Shown here: one piece after another, positions 1 to 15,000 of the stretch
How positions within the stretch are numbered: the stretch's first letter is position 1
Layout of the letters: each line of letters opens with the position of its first letter
Origin: Heterodontus francisci
Taxonomy: Eukaryota
NCBI RefSeq assembly: GCF_036365525.1
Contig: NC_090381.1
Span: 85,553,257-85,617,256 of the forward strand
Direction of reading: 5' to 3'
DNA length: 64,000 nt
Translations under genes and position numbers: made by a program
The notes under the pieces: model-generated
What the model was told of the DNA's origin: nothing
Databases searched by the model: none
The model's input: only the letters and a program-made list of their open reading frames with translations

Positions 1-32
1 AACAATAGGGATCAGTTCCACAACAACAGGAG
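1..32 (+). CDS. PTS exon, partial (3' end only)
   Basis: ...acaacaggag|GTACTGAG donor at 33, followed by a type-a intron. Confidence 0.75.
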
Positions 33-3000
33 GTACTGAGCGAGAAAAATTGTCTTTGTGTGGCATTTTAAACTTCATGTCCTGGGTAGAAACCTATTGA
101 CAAATGACTTTGATCAGAAATGTAAATAGTATATAGATTTTTGTTCTATACTCATGCTCATATTTTATGAGTATGAAATCAACAACATAAATGTGTGAGG
201 ACATTAATGTAATTTACAAAGAAGAAGTAAGATTGAGTCTCATCTTAAATTCTAAGGCTGAATTTCCATTTTGTCGACACAGCTCCATCAACTGCGGGAT
301 AGCACGTTTCAGGAGGTAGTCAACTGGATGCCTAAGTGAGCGCAGTCAGAGAGAGACTGGATAGCTGCCAGATGGACAAGAAAGTCAGGGCAGGTAGTGC
401 AGGAGTCCACGGAGTGTATCCCACTTTGTAACCGGTATTCAGTTCTGAGTACCAATGGGAAGGAGGGTTCCTCTGTAGAGTGCAGTGAGGGTCATGACCG
501 GAACATCGTGGGTCACTCAGCTGTGCAGGGAGGGAGGAAAAAGGACAAGACAGCAAAAGTGATAGGGGATTCTATGGTTAGAGGAACAGGTAGGTGTTTT
601 TGTGGTCGCAGACATGATTCCAGGATGGTTGTCTCCCTGGTGCAAAGATCATAGATATCACTGAGCGGCTACAGAGGATTCTGGAGGGCAAGGGTGCACA
701 GCCGGACGTCGTGGTCCACATTGGTACCAACGATATAGCAAGAAAGAGGGATAGGGTCCTGCAAGCTGAGTTTAGGGAGTTGGAAAAGAGATTAGCAAGC
801 AGGAAACCAAGGGTAATAATCTCCGGATTACTCCCAAGGCCACGTGTTAGTGAGTTTTGTAATAGGAGAATACACCAGATGAATGCGTGGCTGGAGAGAT
901 GGTGCAGGAGGGAGGACTTCAGATTTCTGGGACATCGGGAGCAGTTCTGGGGTAGGTGGGACCTGTATAAGCTGGATGGTCTGCACCTGAACAGGACTGA
1001 GACAAATATCCTTGCAGGAAGGTTTGCTCGTGCTGTGGGGGATGGTTTAACCTAGATTGGCGGGGGGATGGGAACCTGAGCGTGTCTTAGATTGGACAAT
1101 TTCAGTGCAGGGAACAGGATGCAGAAAATTAGTGAAATTGGCGAGTGACTCTAAAAGACAGAAGAAGAAAAGTTTAAAAAGTGTGCAACACAGGAATTTG
1201 GCAAAGTTAGAGGGTAGTTATTTAAATGCAAGGAGTATGGTAAATAAAGCAGATGAGTTGCGATCACAGACAGACACATGGCAACACGATCTCGTTGCGA
1301 AAATGGAAACTTGGCTTAAGGAGGGGCAAGAATGGCAGCTCAACACCCCTGGATTTAGTGTATTCAGGCGTGATAGAGAAGAAGATAAAAAAGGGGGAGG
1401 GGTGTAGCATTATTAGTTAAGGAATCAATAACAGCTTTGAGGAGGGATGATATGCTAAATGAATCATCAAACGAAGCCATGTGGGTGGAGCTCAGAAATA
1501 AAAAAGGGGGCAGCCACATTACTGGGAGTGTACTATAGACCCCCAAATAGTGAGAGGGAGATAGAGGAACAAATATGTAGGCAAATTTCTGAGTACAATA
1601 ACTTTACGGCGATGATGGTTGGGGAATTCAGCTACCCCAATATCGACTGAGATACGAACAGTGTGAAGGGCACATGGGGACAAAATTCTTGAACTGCATT
1701 CAAGAGAACCTTTTTAGCCAGCATGTAACAAGCCCAAGGAAAGGGGGTGCAATTCTAGTTTTAGTCTTCAGTAATGAAGCTGGGCAAGTGGATGAAGTAA
1801 CAGTGGGTGACCATAATACAGTTAGTTTTAGCATAATCATGGAAAAAGACAAAAATAAAACAGGAGCAAAGTTTCTAAATTGGGGGAAGGCAAATTTTAA
1901 GAAACTGAGAGGTGACTTGGTGAATGTGGACTGGATACAGCTACTTGAAGGAAAATCAGTGGCAAACCAGTGGGAGGTATTCAAGAGCAAGATACTACAG
2001 GCACAGTGTAGGCATATCCCCACAAAGATAAAGGGTACTGCCAAATTTAGAGCTCCCTGGTTATCTAGAAGCTTACACGGTAAGGTAAAGCAAAAAAAGA
2101 AAGCTTATGATGATCACAAATATTTTAATACTTTAAAAAGCCTAGAGGAGCATAGAAAGTGCAGGGGTGAAGTAAAAAAGGAAATTAGAAAAGCAAAGAG
2201 AGGACATGAAAAATTATTGGCCAGTAAAATCGAGGAAAGCCTGAAGTTGTTTTATCAGTACATTAAGAGTAAGAAGATAACTAAGGAAAGGGTAGGGTCT
2301 ATCAGAGATGCACAGAGGAACTTATGCATGGATGCAGAAGATGTGGGCAGGGTTCTTAATGAGTTTTTTGTCTCTGTCTTCACAAAGGAGAGAGTTGATG
2401 CAGACATTGTAGTTAAAGAGGAGGAGTGTGAAATATTAGATAAGATAAACATAATGAGAGAGGAAGTGCTTGAGGGTCTGACATCCCTGAAAGTGGATAA
2501 ATTTCCCAGACCGGATGTGTTGCATCCCAGGCTGTTAAAGGAAGCCAGGGAGGAAATAGTGGGTGCTCTGAGGATCATCTTCAAATCCTCATCAGAAACA
2601 GGCAAGGTACGAGATGATTGGAGTCTGCAAACATTGTACCATTGTTAAAAAAGGGTGCGAGGGATAAGCCAGGTAATTATAGGCCAGCCATTCTGACTTC
2701 GGTGATGGGTAAGTTGTTAAAATCTATTCTGATGGACAGGATAAACTGTATTTAGAAAGGCACGGATTAATCAGGGATCGTTAGCATGGATTTGTTAAGG
2801 GAAGGTTATAAGGTCTTACTAACTTGATTGAGTTTTTTGAGGAAGTAACAAGGAGGATTGATGAGGGTAGTGCAGTGGATATGCGTTACATGGATTTTAG
2901 TAGGGCATTTGACAAGGTCCCGCATGGCAGATTGGTCAATAAAATGAAAGCCCATGGGATACAGGGGAATGTGACAGATTGGATCCAGAATTGTCTCAGT

Positions 3001-6000
3001 GACGGGAAACAAAGGGTAGTAGTCGACGGATGTTTTTGTGAATGGAAAGCGGTTTCCAGTGGTGTTCCACAGGGATCAGTGTTGGGTCCCTTGCTGTTTG
3101 TGGTATATATTAATGATTTGAACTTAACTGTGGGAGGCATGATTGGGAAATTTGCTGGTGACACAATAATTGGTCGTGTAGTCGATAGTGAGGAGGGGAG
3201 TCGTGGACTCCAGAATGATATCAATGGTTTGGTTGGGTGGGCGGAAAAGTGGCAAATGGAATTCAGTCCTGAGAAGCGTGAGGTGATGTATTTCGAGAGG
3301 GCAAATAAAGTGAGGGAATATACAATAAATGGCAGGATATTGAGAGGTGTAGAAGAAGTGATAGATCTTAGAGAGCATGTCCACAGGTCCCTGAAGGTGG
3401 TAGGACAGGTAGATAAAGTGGTAAAGAAGGCATATGGATTTCTTTCCTTGATTGGCTGAGGTTTGGAGTACAAAAGCAGAGATGTGATGCTGGAGCTGTA
3501 TAGAGCGCTGGTTAGGCCACAGCTGGAGTATTGCGTGCAGTTCTGGTCACCACATTACAGAAAGGACATAATTGCTCTGAAGACAGTGCAGAGGATATTT
3601 GCAAGAATGTTGCCAGGGCTTGAGGGTTGCAGCTATGAGGAAAGATTGGATAAGTTGGGGTTGTTTTCCCAGGAATTGAGAAGGCTGAGGGGTGACTTGA
3701 TTGAGGTGTACGAAATTATGAGGGGCCCAGATGGAGTGGACAAAAAGACCTGTTTCCTCTGGCAGGGAAGTCGATTACAAGGGGACACAGATTTAAGGTG
3801 ATTGGCTGAAAGATTAAAGGGCACATGAGGAGAAACTCTTTCACCCAGAGGGTGGTGGGTGTCTGGAATTCAATGCCAGGATCGGGGATGGAGGCAGAGA
3901 TCCTCAAGTGGTTTAAAAGGTACCTGCACCTAAGATGCTGTAAGCTGCAGGGCTATGGACCAGGTGCTGGAAGGCGGGATTAGTTTGGGTAGATAGCTAT
4001 TCAGCCGGCGCGGACACGATGGGCTGAATGGCCTCCTTCTGTGATGTATTTTGTTCTATGTTCCAATTGCTCCCTCTATGACTTCTCCTGCTGTGAAATC
4101 TTCTGCAGCTGTACCATCAACAACTACAACATCAATCTTTACATCCACTTCAGCACCAACAATCACACCAGAACCAACAACTACAGAGAGATCCACTCAG
4201 CCATCAACAAGTGAATCCATAACAACAAGTTCAACAACGGGGATCAGTTCATCAACTACAGGAGGTACTGAGCAAGAGAAATGGTCTTGGTCAGGCATTT
4301 AACACGTCAGGCTCTGGAAGGAAATCTATTGCAGGATGACTTTTATCAGAGACATAGTAAGAACATGTATTGTTAGTCTATTCCCATGCACGAATCTTGT
4401 GAGCAGAGAATCAACAATATTAATATGTGCAGACAATAATGTAGTTTAAATAGAACAAGTACAATTCAGTCTCATCTTACATTCTAATGCGGAATATGGT
4501 TTTGTTTACACAGCTACATCAGCTGCTCCTACGACAACTACTCCTGCTGTGACATCTTCTACACCTGGACCATCGACAACTACAACACCAATTCTTACAT
4601 CCACTTCAGCACCAACAAGCACACCAGAACCAACAACTGTAGAGACATCCACTCAGCCATCAACAAGTGTATTCACAACAACAAGCTCAACAACAGGGAT
4701 TAGTTCCACAACAGGAATTAGTAAGGATTAGACAATTTATATCAACTATACCACACTGTCGGCAGTGTAAATAATTCAACTCGTCAGAGTTTCTGTTTGA
4801 GTTAAAAACTAGTTATATTTTGTTGCTTTATACTCACAGCTGGAATATGAATGCTTAACAATGAAAGTATACAAAGGCATCCAGATAGGAAATTGTAATA
4901 TTGTATTTGTCATATTTAACATCATGGTATTTATTTAGGACAAGTAAGATGAAGCCTGAAGTCATATTCTACAGCTAAATTTTGATTTTGTTTGAACAGC
5001 AACATCAGCTGCTCCTGTGACAACCAGTCCTGCCTTGTCATCTTCTACACCTGGACCATCAACAACTACAACACCAATCTTTACATCCACTTCAGTACCA
5101 ACAAGCACATCAGAACCAACAACTACAGAGAGATCCACTCAGCCATCAACAAGTGAATCCACAACAACAAGCTCAACAATGGGGACCAGTTCATCAACAA
5201 CAGGAATTAGTAAGGAATTGACCTTTTCTTTAAAAGCTATATCAGACTAATAGTGCTGAAAATAATTTTCAAGTCATGTCTTACTTTATGATAAGCTTAA
5301 AAACCAGTTATTTTTGCTTTGTAATCGCAACAGGAATAAGAACACTTAAAAAAAAAATATACAAAGTCATCCCGATTGAAAATTGCAATATTATATGTGC
5401 CAGATTTAACATCATGCAATTTATGTAGGACATGTAAGATTAAGTCTCAAGTCATATTCTAAGGCTAAATTTTGATTTTGTTTACACTGCTACATCAGCT
5501 GCTCCTACGGCAACTACTCCTGCTGGGACATCTTCTCTACCTATACCATCAACAACTACAACACCAATCCTTACATCCACTTCAGCACCAACAAGCACAC
5601 CAGAACAACCAACTACAGAGAGATCCACTCAGCCATCAACAATTGTATCCACAACAACAAGCTCAACAACGGGGATCAGTTCATCAACAACAGGAGGTAC
5701 TGAGCAAAAGAAGTTGTCTTTTTCAGGCATTTAACATTTCATGTTCTGGAAGGAAATCCATTACAGGATGACTTCTATCAGAGATGTAGACAGAACATTT
5801 ATTGTTAGTCTATACCCAGGCACAAATCTTGTGAGCATAGAATCAACAATATTAATGTGTGAGGACAATAATTTTGTTTAAATAGAACCAGTACATTTGA
5901 GTCTCACTTACATGTTAATGCTGAATATGATTTTGTTTACACAGCTACATCAGCTGCTCCTCCGACAACTACTCCTGCTGAGACATCTTTTCCACCTGTA

Positions 6001-9000
6001 CCATCAACAAATACAACACCAATCCTTCCAGCCACTTCAGCACCAGCAAGCACACCAGAACCAACAACTGTAGAGACATCGACTCAGCCATCAACAAGTG
6101 TATCCACAACAACAAGTTCAACAGGGATTAGTTCCACGACAGGAATTAGTAAGGATTAGACACTTTATATCAACTATACCACACTGTTGGCAGTGTAACT
6201 AATTCATCTCATTTCAGAGTTTCTGTTTGAATTAAAAACTGGTTATATTTTGTTGCTTTATACTCACCGTTGGAGTAAGAATGCTTAACAATGAAAGTAT
6301 ACAAAGGCATCCAGATAGGAAATTGTAATATTGTATTTGTCAGAGTTAACATCATGGGATTTATTTAGGACAAGTAAGATGAAGCCTGAAGTCATATTCT
6401 ACAGCTGAATTTTGATTTTGTTTACACAGCTACATCAACTGCTCCTGTGACAACCAGTCCTGCCTTGTCATCTTCTACACCTGGACCATCAACAACTACA
6501 ACACCAATCCTTACATCCACTTCAGCACCAACAATCACACCAGAACCAACAACTACAGAGAGAACCACTCAGCCATTAACAAGCGAATCCACAACATTGA
6601 CCTTAACAACAGGGATCAGTTCATCAACAATAGGAGGTACTGAGCAAGAGAAATTGTCTTGGTCAGGCATTTAACCCTTCAGGCTCTGGAAGGAAATCTG
6701 TTGCAGGATGAGTTTTATCAGAGATGTAGATAGAACATGTATTGTTTGTCTATACCCATGCACAAATCTTGTGAGCACAGAATCAACAATTTTAATGTGT
6801 GAGGACAATCATGTAGTTTAAATAGAACAAGTACAATTGAGTCTCATCATACATTCTAATGGTTAATATGGTTTTGTTTACACAGTTCCATCTGCTGCTC
6901 CTACGACAACTACTCCTGCTGGGACATCTTCTACACCTGTACCATCAACAAATACAACACCAATCCTTCCATCCACTTCAGCACCAACAAGCACACCAGA
7001 ACCAACAACTGTAGAGACATCCACTCAGCCATCAACAAGTGTATCCACAACAACAAGCTCAACAATAGAGATCAGTTCATCAACAGTAAGAATTAGTAAG
7101 GAATAGACCTTTTCTTTAAAAGCTATATCAGACTAATAGTGCTGAAATTAATTTTCAAGTCATGTCTTACTTTATGATAAGCTTAAAAACCAGTTATTTT
7201 TGCTTTGTAATCGCAACAGGAATAAGAACACTTCAAAACAAAAGTATACAAAGCCATCCCGATTGAAAATTGCAATATTATATGTGCCAGATTTAACATC
7301 ATGCCATTTATGTAGGACATGTAAGATTAAGTCTGAAGTCATATTCTACAGCTGAATTTTGATTTTGTTTACACAGCTACATCAGCTGCTCCTGTGACAA
7401 CCAGTCCTGCCTTGTCATCTTCTACACCTGGACCATCAACAACTACAACACCAATCCTTACATCCACTTCAGCACCAACAATCACACCAGAACCAACAAC
7501 TACAGAGAGAACCACTCAGCCATTAACAAGTGAATCCACAACATTGACCTTAACAACAGGGATCAGTTCATCAACAATAGAAGGTACTGAGCAAGAGAAA
7601 TTGTCTTGGTCAGGCATTTAACCCTTCAGGCTCTGGAAGGAAATCTGTTGCAGGATAAGTTTTGTCAGAGATGCAGATAGAACATGTATTGTTTGTCTAT
7701 CCCCATGCACAAATCTTGTGAGCATAGAATCAACAATATTAATGTGTGAGGACAATCATGTATTTTAAATAGAACAAGTACAATTGAGTCTCATCATACA
7801 TTCTAATGCTGAATATGATTTTGTTTACACAGCTACATCAGCTGCTCCTACGACAACTACTCCTGCTGGGACATCTTCTACACCTGTACCATCAACAACT
7901 ACAACACCAATCTCTACATCCACTTCAGCACCAACAATCACACCAGAACCAACAACTACAGAGAGATCCACTCAGCCATCAACAAGTGAATCCATAACAA
8001 CAAGTTCAACAACGGGGATCAGTTCATCAACAACAGGAGGTACTGAGCAAGAGAAATGGTCTTGGTCAGGCATTTAACACGTCAGGCTCTGGAAGGAAAT
8101 CTATTGCAGGATGACTTTTATCAGAGACATAGTAAGAACATGTATTGTTAGTCTATTCCCATGCACGAATCTTGTGAGCAGAGAATCAACAATATTAATA
8201 TGTGCAGACAATAATGTAGTTTAAATAGAACAAGTACAATTCAGTCTCATCTTACATTCTAATGCGGAATATGGTTTTGTTTACACAGCTACATCAGCTG
8301 CTCCTACGACAACTACTCCTGCTGTGACATCTTCTACACCTGGACCATCGACAACTACAACACCAATTCTTACATCCACTTCAGCACCAACAAGCACACC
8401 AGAACCAACAACTGTAGAGACATCCACTCAGCCATCAACAAGTGTATTCACAACAACAAGCTCAACAACAGGGATTAGTTCCACAACAGGAATTAGTAAG
8501 GATTAGACAATTTATATCAACTATACCACACTGTCGGCAGTGTAAATAATTCAACTCGTCAGAGTTTCTGTTTGAGTTAAAAACTAGTTATATTTTGTTG
8601 CTTTATACTCACAGCTGGAATATGAATGCTTAACAATGAAAGTATACAAAGGCATCCAGATAGGAAATTGTAATATTGTATTTGTCATATTTAACATCAT
8701 GGTATTTATTTAGGACAAGTAAGATGAAGCCTGAAGTCATATTCTACAGCTAAATTTTGATTTTGTTTGAACAGCAACATCAGCTGCTCCTGTGACAACC
8801 AGTCCTGCCTTGTCATCTTCTACACCTGGACCATCAACAACTACAACACCAATCTTTACATCCACTTCAGTACCAACAAGCACATCAGAACCAACAACTA
8901 CAGAGAGATCCACTCAGCCATCAACAAGTGAATCCACAACAACAAGCTCAACAATGGGGACCAGTTCATCAACAACAGGAATTAGTAAGGAATTGACCTT

Positions 9001-12000
9001 TTCTTTAAAAGCTATATCAGACTAATAGTGCTGAAAATAATTTTCAAGTCATGTCTTACTTTATGATAAGCTTAAAAACCAGTTATTTTTGCTTTGTAAT
9101 CGCAACAGGAATAAGAACACTTAAAAAAAAAATATACAAAGTCATCCCGATTGAAAATTGCAATATTATATGTGCCAGATTTAACATCATGCAATTTATG
9201 TAGGACATGTAAGATTAAGTCTCAAGTCATATTCTAAGGCTAAATTTTGATTTTGTTTACACTGCTACATCAGCTGCTCCTACGGCAACTACTCCTGCTG
9301 GGACATCTTCTCTACCTATACCATCAACAACTACAACACCAATCCTTACATCCACTTCAGCACCAACAAGCACACCAGAACAACCAACTACAGAGAGATC
9401 CACTCAGCCATCAACAATTGTATCCACAACAACAAGCTCAACAACGGGGATCAGTTCATCAACAACAGGAGGTACTGAGCAAAAGAAGTTGTCTTTTTCA
9501 GGCATTTAACATTTCATGTTCTGGAAGGAAATCCATTACAGGATGACTTCTATCAGAGATGTAGACAGAACATTTATTGTTAGTCTATACCCAGGCACAA
9601 ATCTTGTGAGCATAGAATCAACAATATTAATGTGTGAGGACAATAATTTTGTTTAAATAGAACCAGTACATTTGAGTCTCACTTACATGTTAATGCTGAA
9701 TATGATTTTGTTTACACAGCTACATCAGCTGCTCCTCCGACAACTACTCCTGCTGAGACATCTTTTCCACCTGTACCATCAACAAATACAACACCAATCC
9801 TTCCAGCCACTTCAGCACCAGCAAGCACACCAGAACCAACAACTGTAGAGACATCGACTCAGCCATCAACAAGTGTATCCACAACAACAAGTTCAACAGG
9901 GATTAGTTCCACGACAGGAATTAGTAAGGATTAGACACTTTATATCAACTATACCACACTGTTGGCAGTGTAACTAATTCATCTCATTTCAGAGTTTCTG
10001 TTTGAATTAAAAACTGGTTATATTTTGTTGCTTTATACTCACCGTTGGAGTAAGAATGCTTAACAATGAAAGTATACAAAGGTATCCAGATAGGAAATTG
10101 TAATATTGTATTTGTCAGAGTTAACATCATGGGATTTATTTAGGACAAGTAAGATGAAGCCTGAAGTCATATTCTACAGCTGAATTTTGATTTTGTTTAC
10201 ACAGCTACATCAACTGCTCCTGTGACAACCAGTCCTGCCTTGTCATCTTCTACACCTGGACCATCAACAACTACAACACCAATCCTTACATCCACTTCAG
10301 CACCAACAATCACACCAGAACCAACAACTACAGAGAGAACCACTCAGCCATTAACAAGCGAATCCACAACATTGACCTTAACAACAGGGATCAGTTCATC
10401 AACAATAGGAGGTACTGAGCAAGAGAAATTGTCTTGGTCAGGCATTTAACCCTTCAGGCTCTGGAAGGAAATCTGTTGCAGGATGAGTTTTATCAGAGAT
10501 GTAGATAGAACATGTATTGTTTGTCTATACCCATGCACAAATCTTGTGAGCACAGAATCAACAATTTTAATGTGTGAGGACAATCATGTAGTTTAAATAG
10601 AACAAGTACAATTGAGTCTCATCATACATTCTAATGGTTAATATGGTTTTGTTTACACAGTTCCATCTGCTGCTCCTACGACAACTACTCCTGCTGGGAC
10701 ATCTTCTACACCTGTACCATCAACAAATACAACACCAATCCTTCCATCCACTTCAGCACCAACAAGCACACCAGAACCAACAACTGTAGAGACATCCACT
10801 CAGCCATCAACAAGTGTATCCACAACAACAAGCTCAACAATAGAGATCAGTTCATCAACAGTAAGAATTAGTAAGGAATAGACCTTTTCTTTAAAAGCTA
10901 TATCAGACTAATAGTGCTGAAATTAATTTTCAAGTCATGTCTTACTTTATGATAAGCTTAAAAACCAGTTATTTTTGCTTTGTAATCGCAACAGGAATAA
11001 GAACACTTCAAAACAAAAGTATACAAAGCCATCCCGATTGAAAATTGCAATATTATATGTGCCAGATTTAACATCATGCCATTTATGTAGGACATGTAAG
11101 ATTAAGTCTGAAGTCATATTCTACAGCTGAATTTTGATTTTGTTTACACAGCTACATCAGCTGCTCCTGTGACAACCAGTCCTGCCTTGTCATCTTCTAC
11201 ACCTGGACCATCAACAACTACAACACCAATCCTTACATCCACTTCAGCACCAACAATCACACCAGAACCAACAACTACAGAGAGAACCACTCAGCCATTA
11301 ACAAGTGAATCCACAACATTGACCTTAACAACAGGGATCAGTTCATCAACAATAGGAGGTACTGAGCAAGAGAAATTGTCTTGGTCAGGCATTTAACCCT
11401 TCAGGCTCTGGAAGGAAATCTGTTGCAGGATGAGTTTTATCAGAGATGTAGATAGAACATGTATTGTTTGTCTATACCCATGCACAAATCTTGTGAGCAC
11501 AGAATCAACAATTGTAATGTGTGAGGACAATCATGTAGTTTAAATAGAACAAGTACAATTGAGTCTCATCATACATTCTAATGCTGAATATGGTTTTGTT
11601 TACACAGCTACATCTGCTGCTCCTACGACAACTACTCCTGCTGGGACATCTTCTACACCTGTACCATCAACAAATACAACACCAATCCTTCCATCCACTT
11701 CAGCACCAACAAGCACACCAGAACCAACAACTGTAGAGACATCCACTCAGCCATCAACAAGTGTATCCACAACAACAAGCTCAACAGGGATTAGTTCCAC
11801 AACAGGAATTTGTAAGGATTAGACACTTTATATCAACTATACCACACTGTTGGCAGTGTAAATAATTCAACTCATGTCAGAGTTTCTGTTTGAGTTAAAA
11901 ACTGGTTATATTTTGTTGCTTTATACTCACAGCTGGAATATGAATGCTTAACAATGAAAGTATACAAAGGCATCCAGATAGGAAATTGTAATATTGTATT

Positions 12001-15000
12001 TGTCAGATTTAACATTATGCCATTTATTTAGGACAAGTAAGAGGAAGTCTCAAGTCATATTCTACAGCTAAATTTTGATTTTGTTTGAACAGCTACATCA
12101 GCTGCTCCTCCGACAACTACTCCTGCTGGGACATCTTCTACACCTGGACCATCAACAACTACAACACCAATCTTTACATCCACTTCAGCACAAACACGCA
12201 CACCAGAACCAACAACTACAGAGATATCCACTCAGCCATCAACAAGTGTATCCACAACAACAAGCTCAACAATAGAGATCAGTTCATCAACAGTAAGAAT
12301 TAGTAAGGAATAGACCTTTTCTTTAAAAGCTATATCAGACCAATAGTGCTGAAATTAATTTTCAAGTCATGTCTTACTTTATGATAAGCTTAAAAACCAG
12401 TTATTTTTGCTTTGTAATCGCAACAGGAATAAGAACACTTCAAAACAAAAGTATACAAAGCCATCCCGATTGAAAATTGCAATATCATATGTGCCAGATT
12501 TAACATCATGCCATTTATGTAGGACATGTAAGATTAAGTCTGAAGTCATATTCTGCAGCTAAATTTTGATTTTGTTTACACAGCTACACCAGCTGCTCCT
12601 ACGACAACTACTCCTGCTGGGACATCTTCTACACCTGGACCATCAACAACTACAACACCAATCTCTACATCCACTTCAGCACCAACAAGCACGCCAGAAC
12701 CAACAACTGTAGAGAGATCCACTCAGCCATCAACAAGTGTATCCACAACAACAAGCTCAACAACAGGGATTAGTTCCACAACAGGAATTAGTAAGGATTA
12801 GACACTTTATATCAACTATACCACACTTTTGCAGTGTAACTAATTCAATTCATGTCAGAGTTTCTGTTTGAGTTAAAAACTGGTTATATTTTGTTACATT
12901 ATACTCACCGTTGGAATAAGAATGCTTAACAATGAAGATATACAAAGGCATCCAGATGGGAAATTGTAATATTGTATTTGTCAGATTAACATCTTGGTAT
13001 TTATTTAGGACAAGTAAGGTGAAGCCTGAAGTCATATTCTACAGCTGAATTTTGATTTTGTTTACACAGCTACATCAGCTGCTCCTGTGACAACCAGTCC
13101 TGCCTTGTCATCTTCTACACCTGGACCATCAACAACTCCAACACCAATCCTTACATCCACTTCAGCACCAACAATCACACCAGAACCAACAACTACAGAG
13201 AGAACCACTCAGCCATTAACAAGTGAATCCACAACATTGACCTTAACAACAGGGATCAGTTCATCAACAATAGAAGGTACTGAGCAAGAGAAATTGTCTT
13301 GGTCAGGCATTTAACCCTTCAGGCTCTGGAAGGAAATCTGTTGCAGGATAAGTTTTGTCAGAGATGCAGATAGAACATGTATTGTTTGTCTATCCCCATG
13401 CACAAATCTTGTGAGCATAGAATCAACAATATTAATGTGTGAGGACAATCATGTATTTTAAATAGAACAAGTACAATTGAGTCTCATCATACATTCTAAT
13501 GCTGAATATGATTTTGTTTACACAGCTACATCAGCTGCTCCTACGACAACTACTCCTGCTGGGACATCTTCTACACCTGTACCATCAACAACTACAACAC
13601 CAATCCTTACAACCACTTCAGCACCAACAAGCACGCCAGAACCACCAACTACAGAGACATCCACTCAGCCATCAACAATTGTATCCACAACAACAAGCTC
13701 AACAACGGGGATCAGTTCATCAACAACAGGAGGTACTGAGCAAAAGAAGTTGTCTTTTTCAGGCATTTAGCACTTCATGTTCTGGAAGGAAATCCATTGC
13801 AGGATGAGTTTTATCAGAGATGTAGATAGAACATGTATTGTTAGTCTATGCCCAGGCACGAATATTTTGAGCACAGAATCAACAATTTTAATGTGTGAGG
13901 ACAATCATGTAGTTTAAATAGAACCAGTACATTTGAGTCTCATCTTACATTCTAATGCTGAATATGATTTTGTTTACACAGCTACACCTGCTGCTCCTAC
14001 GACAACTACTCCTGCTGGGACATCTTCTACACCTGGACCATCAACAACTACAACACCAATCTCTACATCCACTTCAGCACCAACAAGCACACCAGAACCA
14101 ACAACTGTAGAGAGATCCACTCAGCCATCAACAAGTGTATCCGCAACAACGAGCTCAACAGGGATTAGTTCCACAACAGGAATTAGTAAGGATTAGACAC
14201 TTTATATCAACTATATCACACTGTTGGCAGTGTAAATAATTCAACTCATGTCAGAGTTTCTGTTTGAGTTAAAAACTGGTTATATTTTGTTGCTTTATAC
14301 TCACAGCTGGAATATGAATGCTTAACAATGAAAGTATACAAAGGCATCCAGATAGGAAATTGTAATATTGTATTTGTCAGATTTAACATTATGCCATTTA
14401 TTTAGGATAAGTAAGAGGAAGTCTCAAGTCATATTCTACAGCTAAATTTTGATTTTGTTTGAACAGCTGCATCAGCTGCTCCTACGACAATTACTCCTGC
14501 TGGGACATCTTCTACACCTGCACCATCAACAACTACAACACCAATCCTGACAGCCACTTCAGCACCAACAAGCACACCAGAACCAACAACTGTAGAGACA
14601 TCCACTCAGCCATCAACAAGTGTATCCACAACAACAAGCTCAACAACAGGGATTAGTTCCACAACAGGAATTTGTAAGGATTAGACACTTTATATCAACT
14701 ATACCACACTTTTGCAGTGTAACTAATTCAATTCATGTCAGAGTTTCTGTTTGAGTTAAAAACTGGTTATATTTTGTTACATTATACTCACCGTTGGAAT
14801 AAGAATGCTTAACAATGAAGATATACAAAGGCATCCAGATGGGAAATTGTAATATTGTATTTGTCAGAGTTAACATCTTGGTATTTATTTAGGACAAGTA
14901 AGGTAAAGCCTGAAGTCATATTCTACAGCTGAATTTTGATTTTGTTTACACAGCTACATCAGCTGCTCCTGTGACAACCAGTCCTGCCTTGTCATCTTCT

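Noticed and set aside
7341-7376. Second AG 25 nt upstream of acceptors in type b/c introns (ttctacAG|ctgaattttga)
   Set aside because: It is out of frame with an immediate stop and lies upstream of the likely branch point and pyrimidine tract; probably unused.
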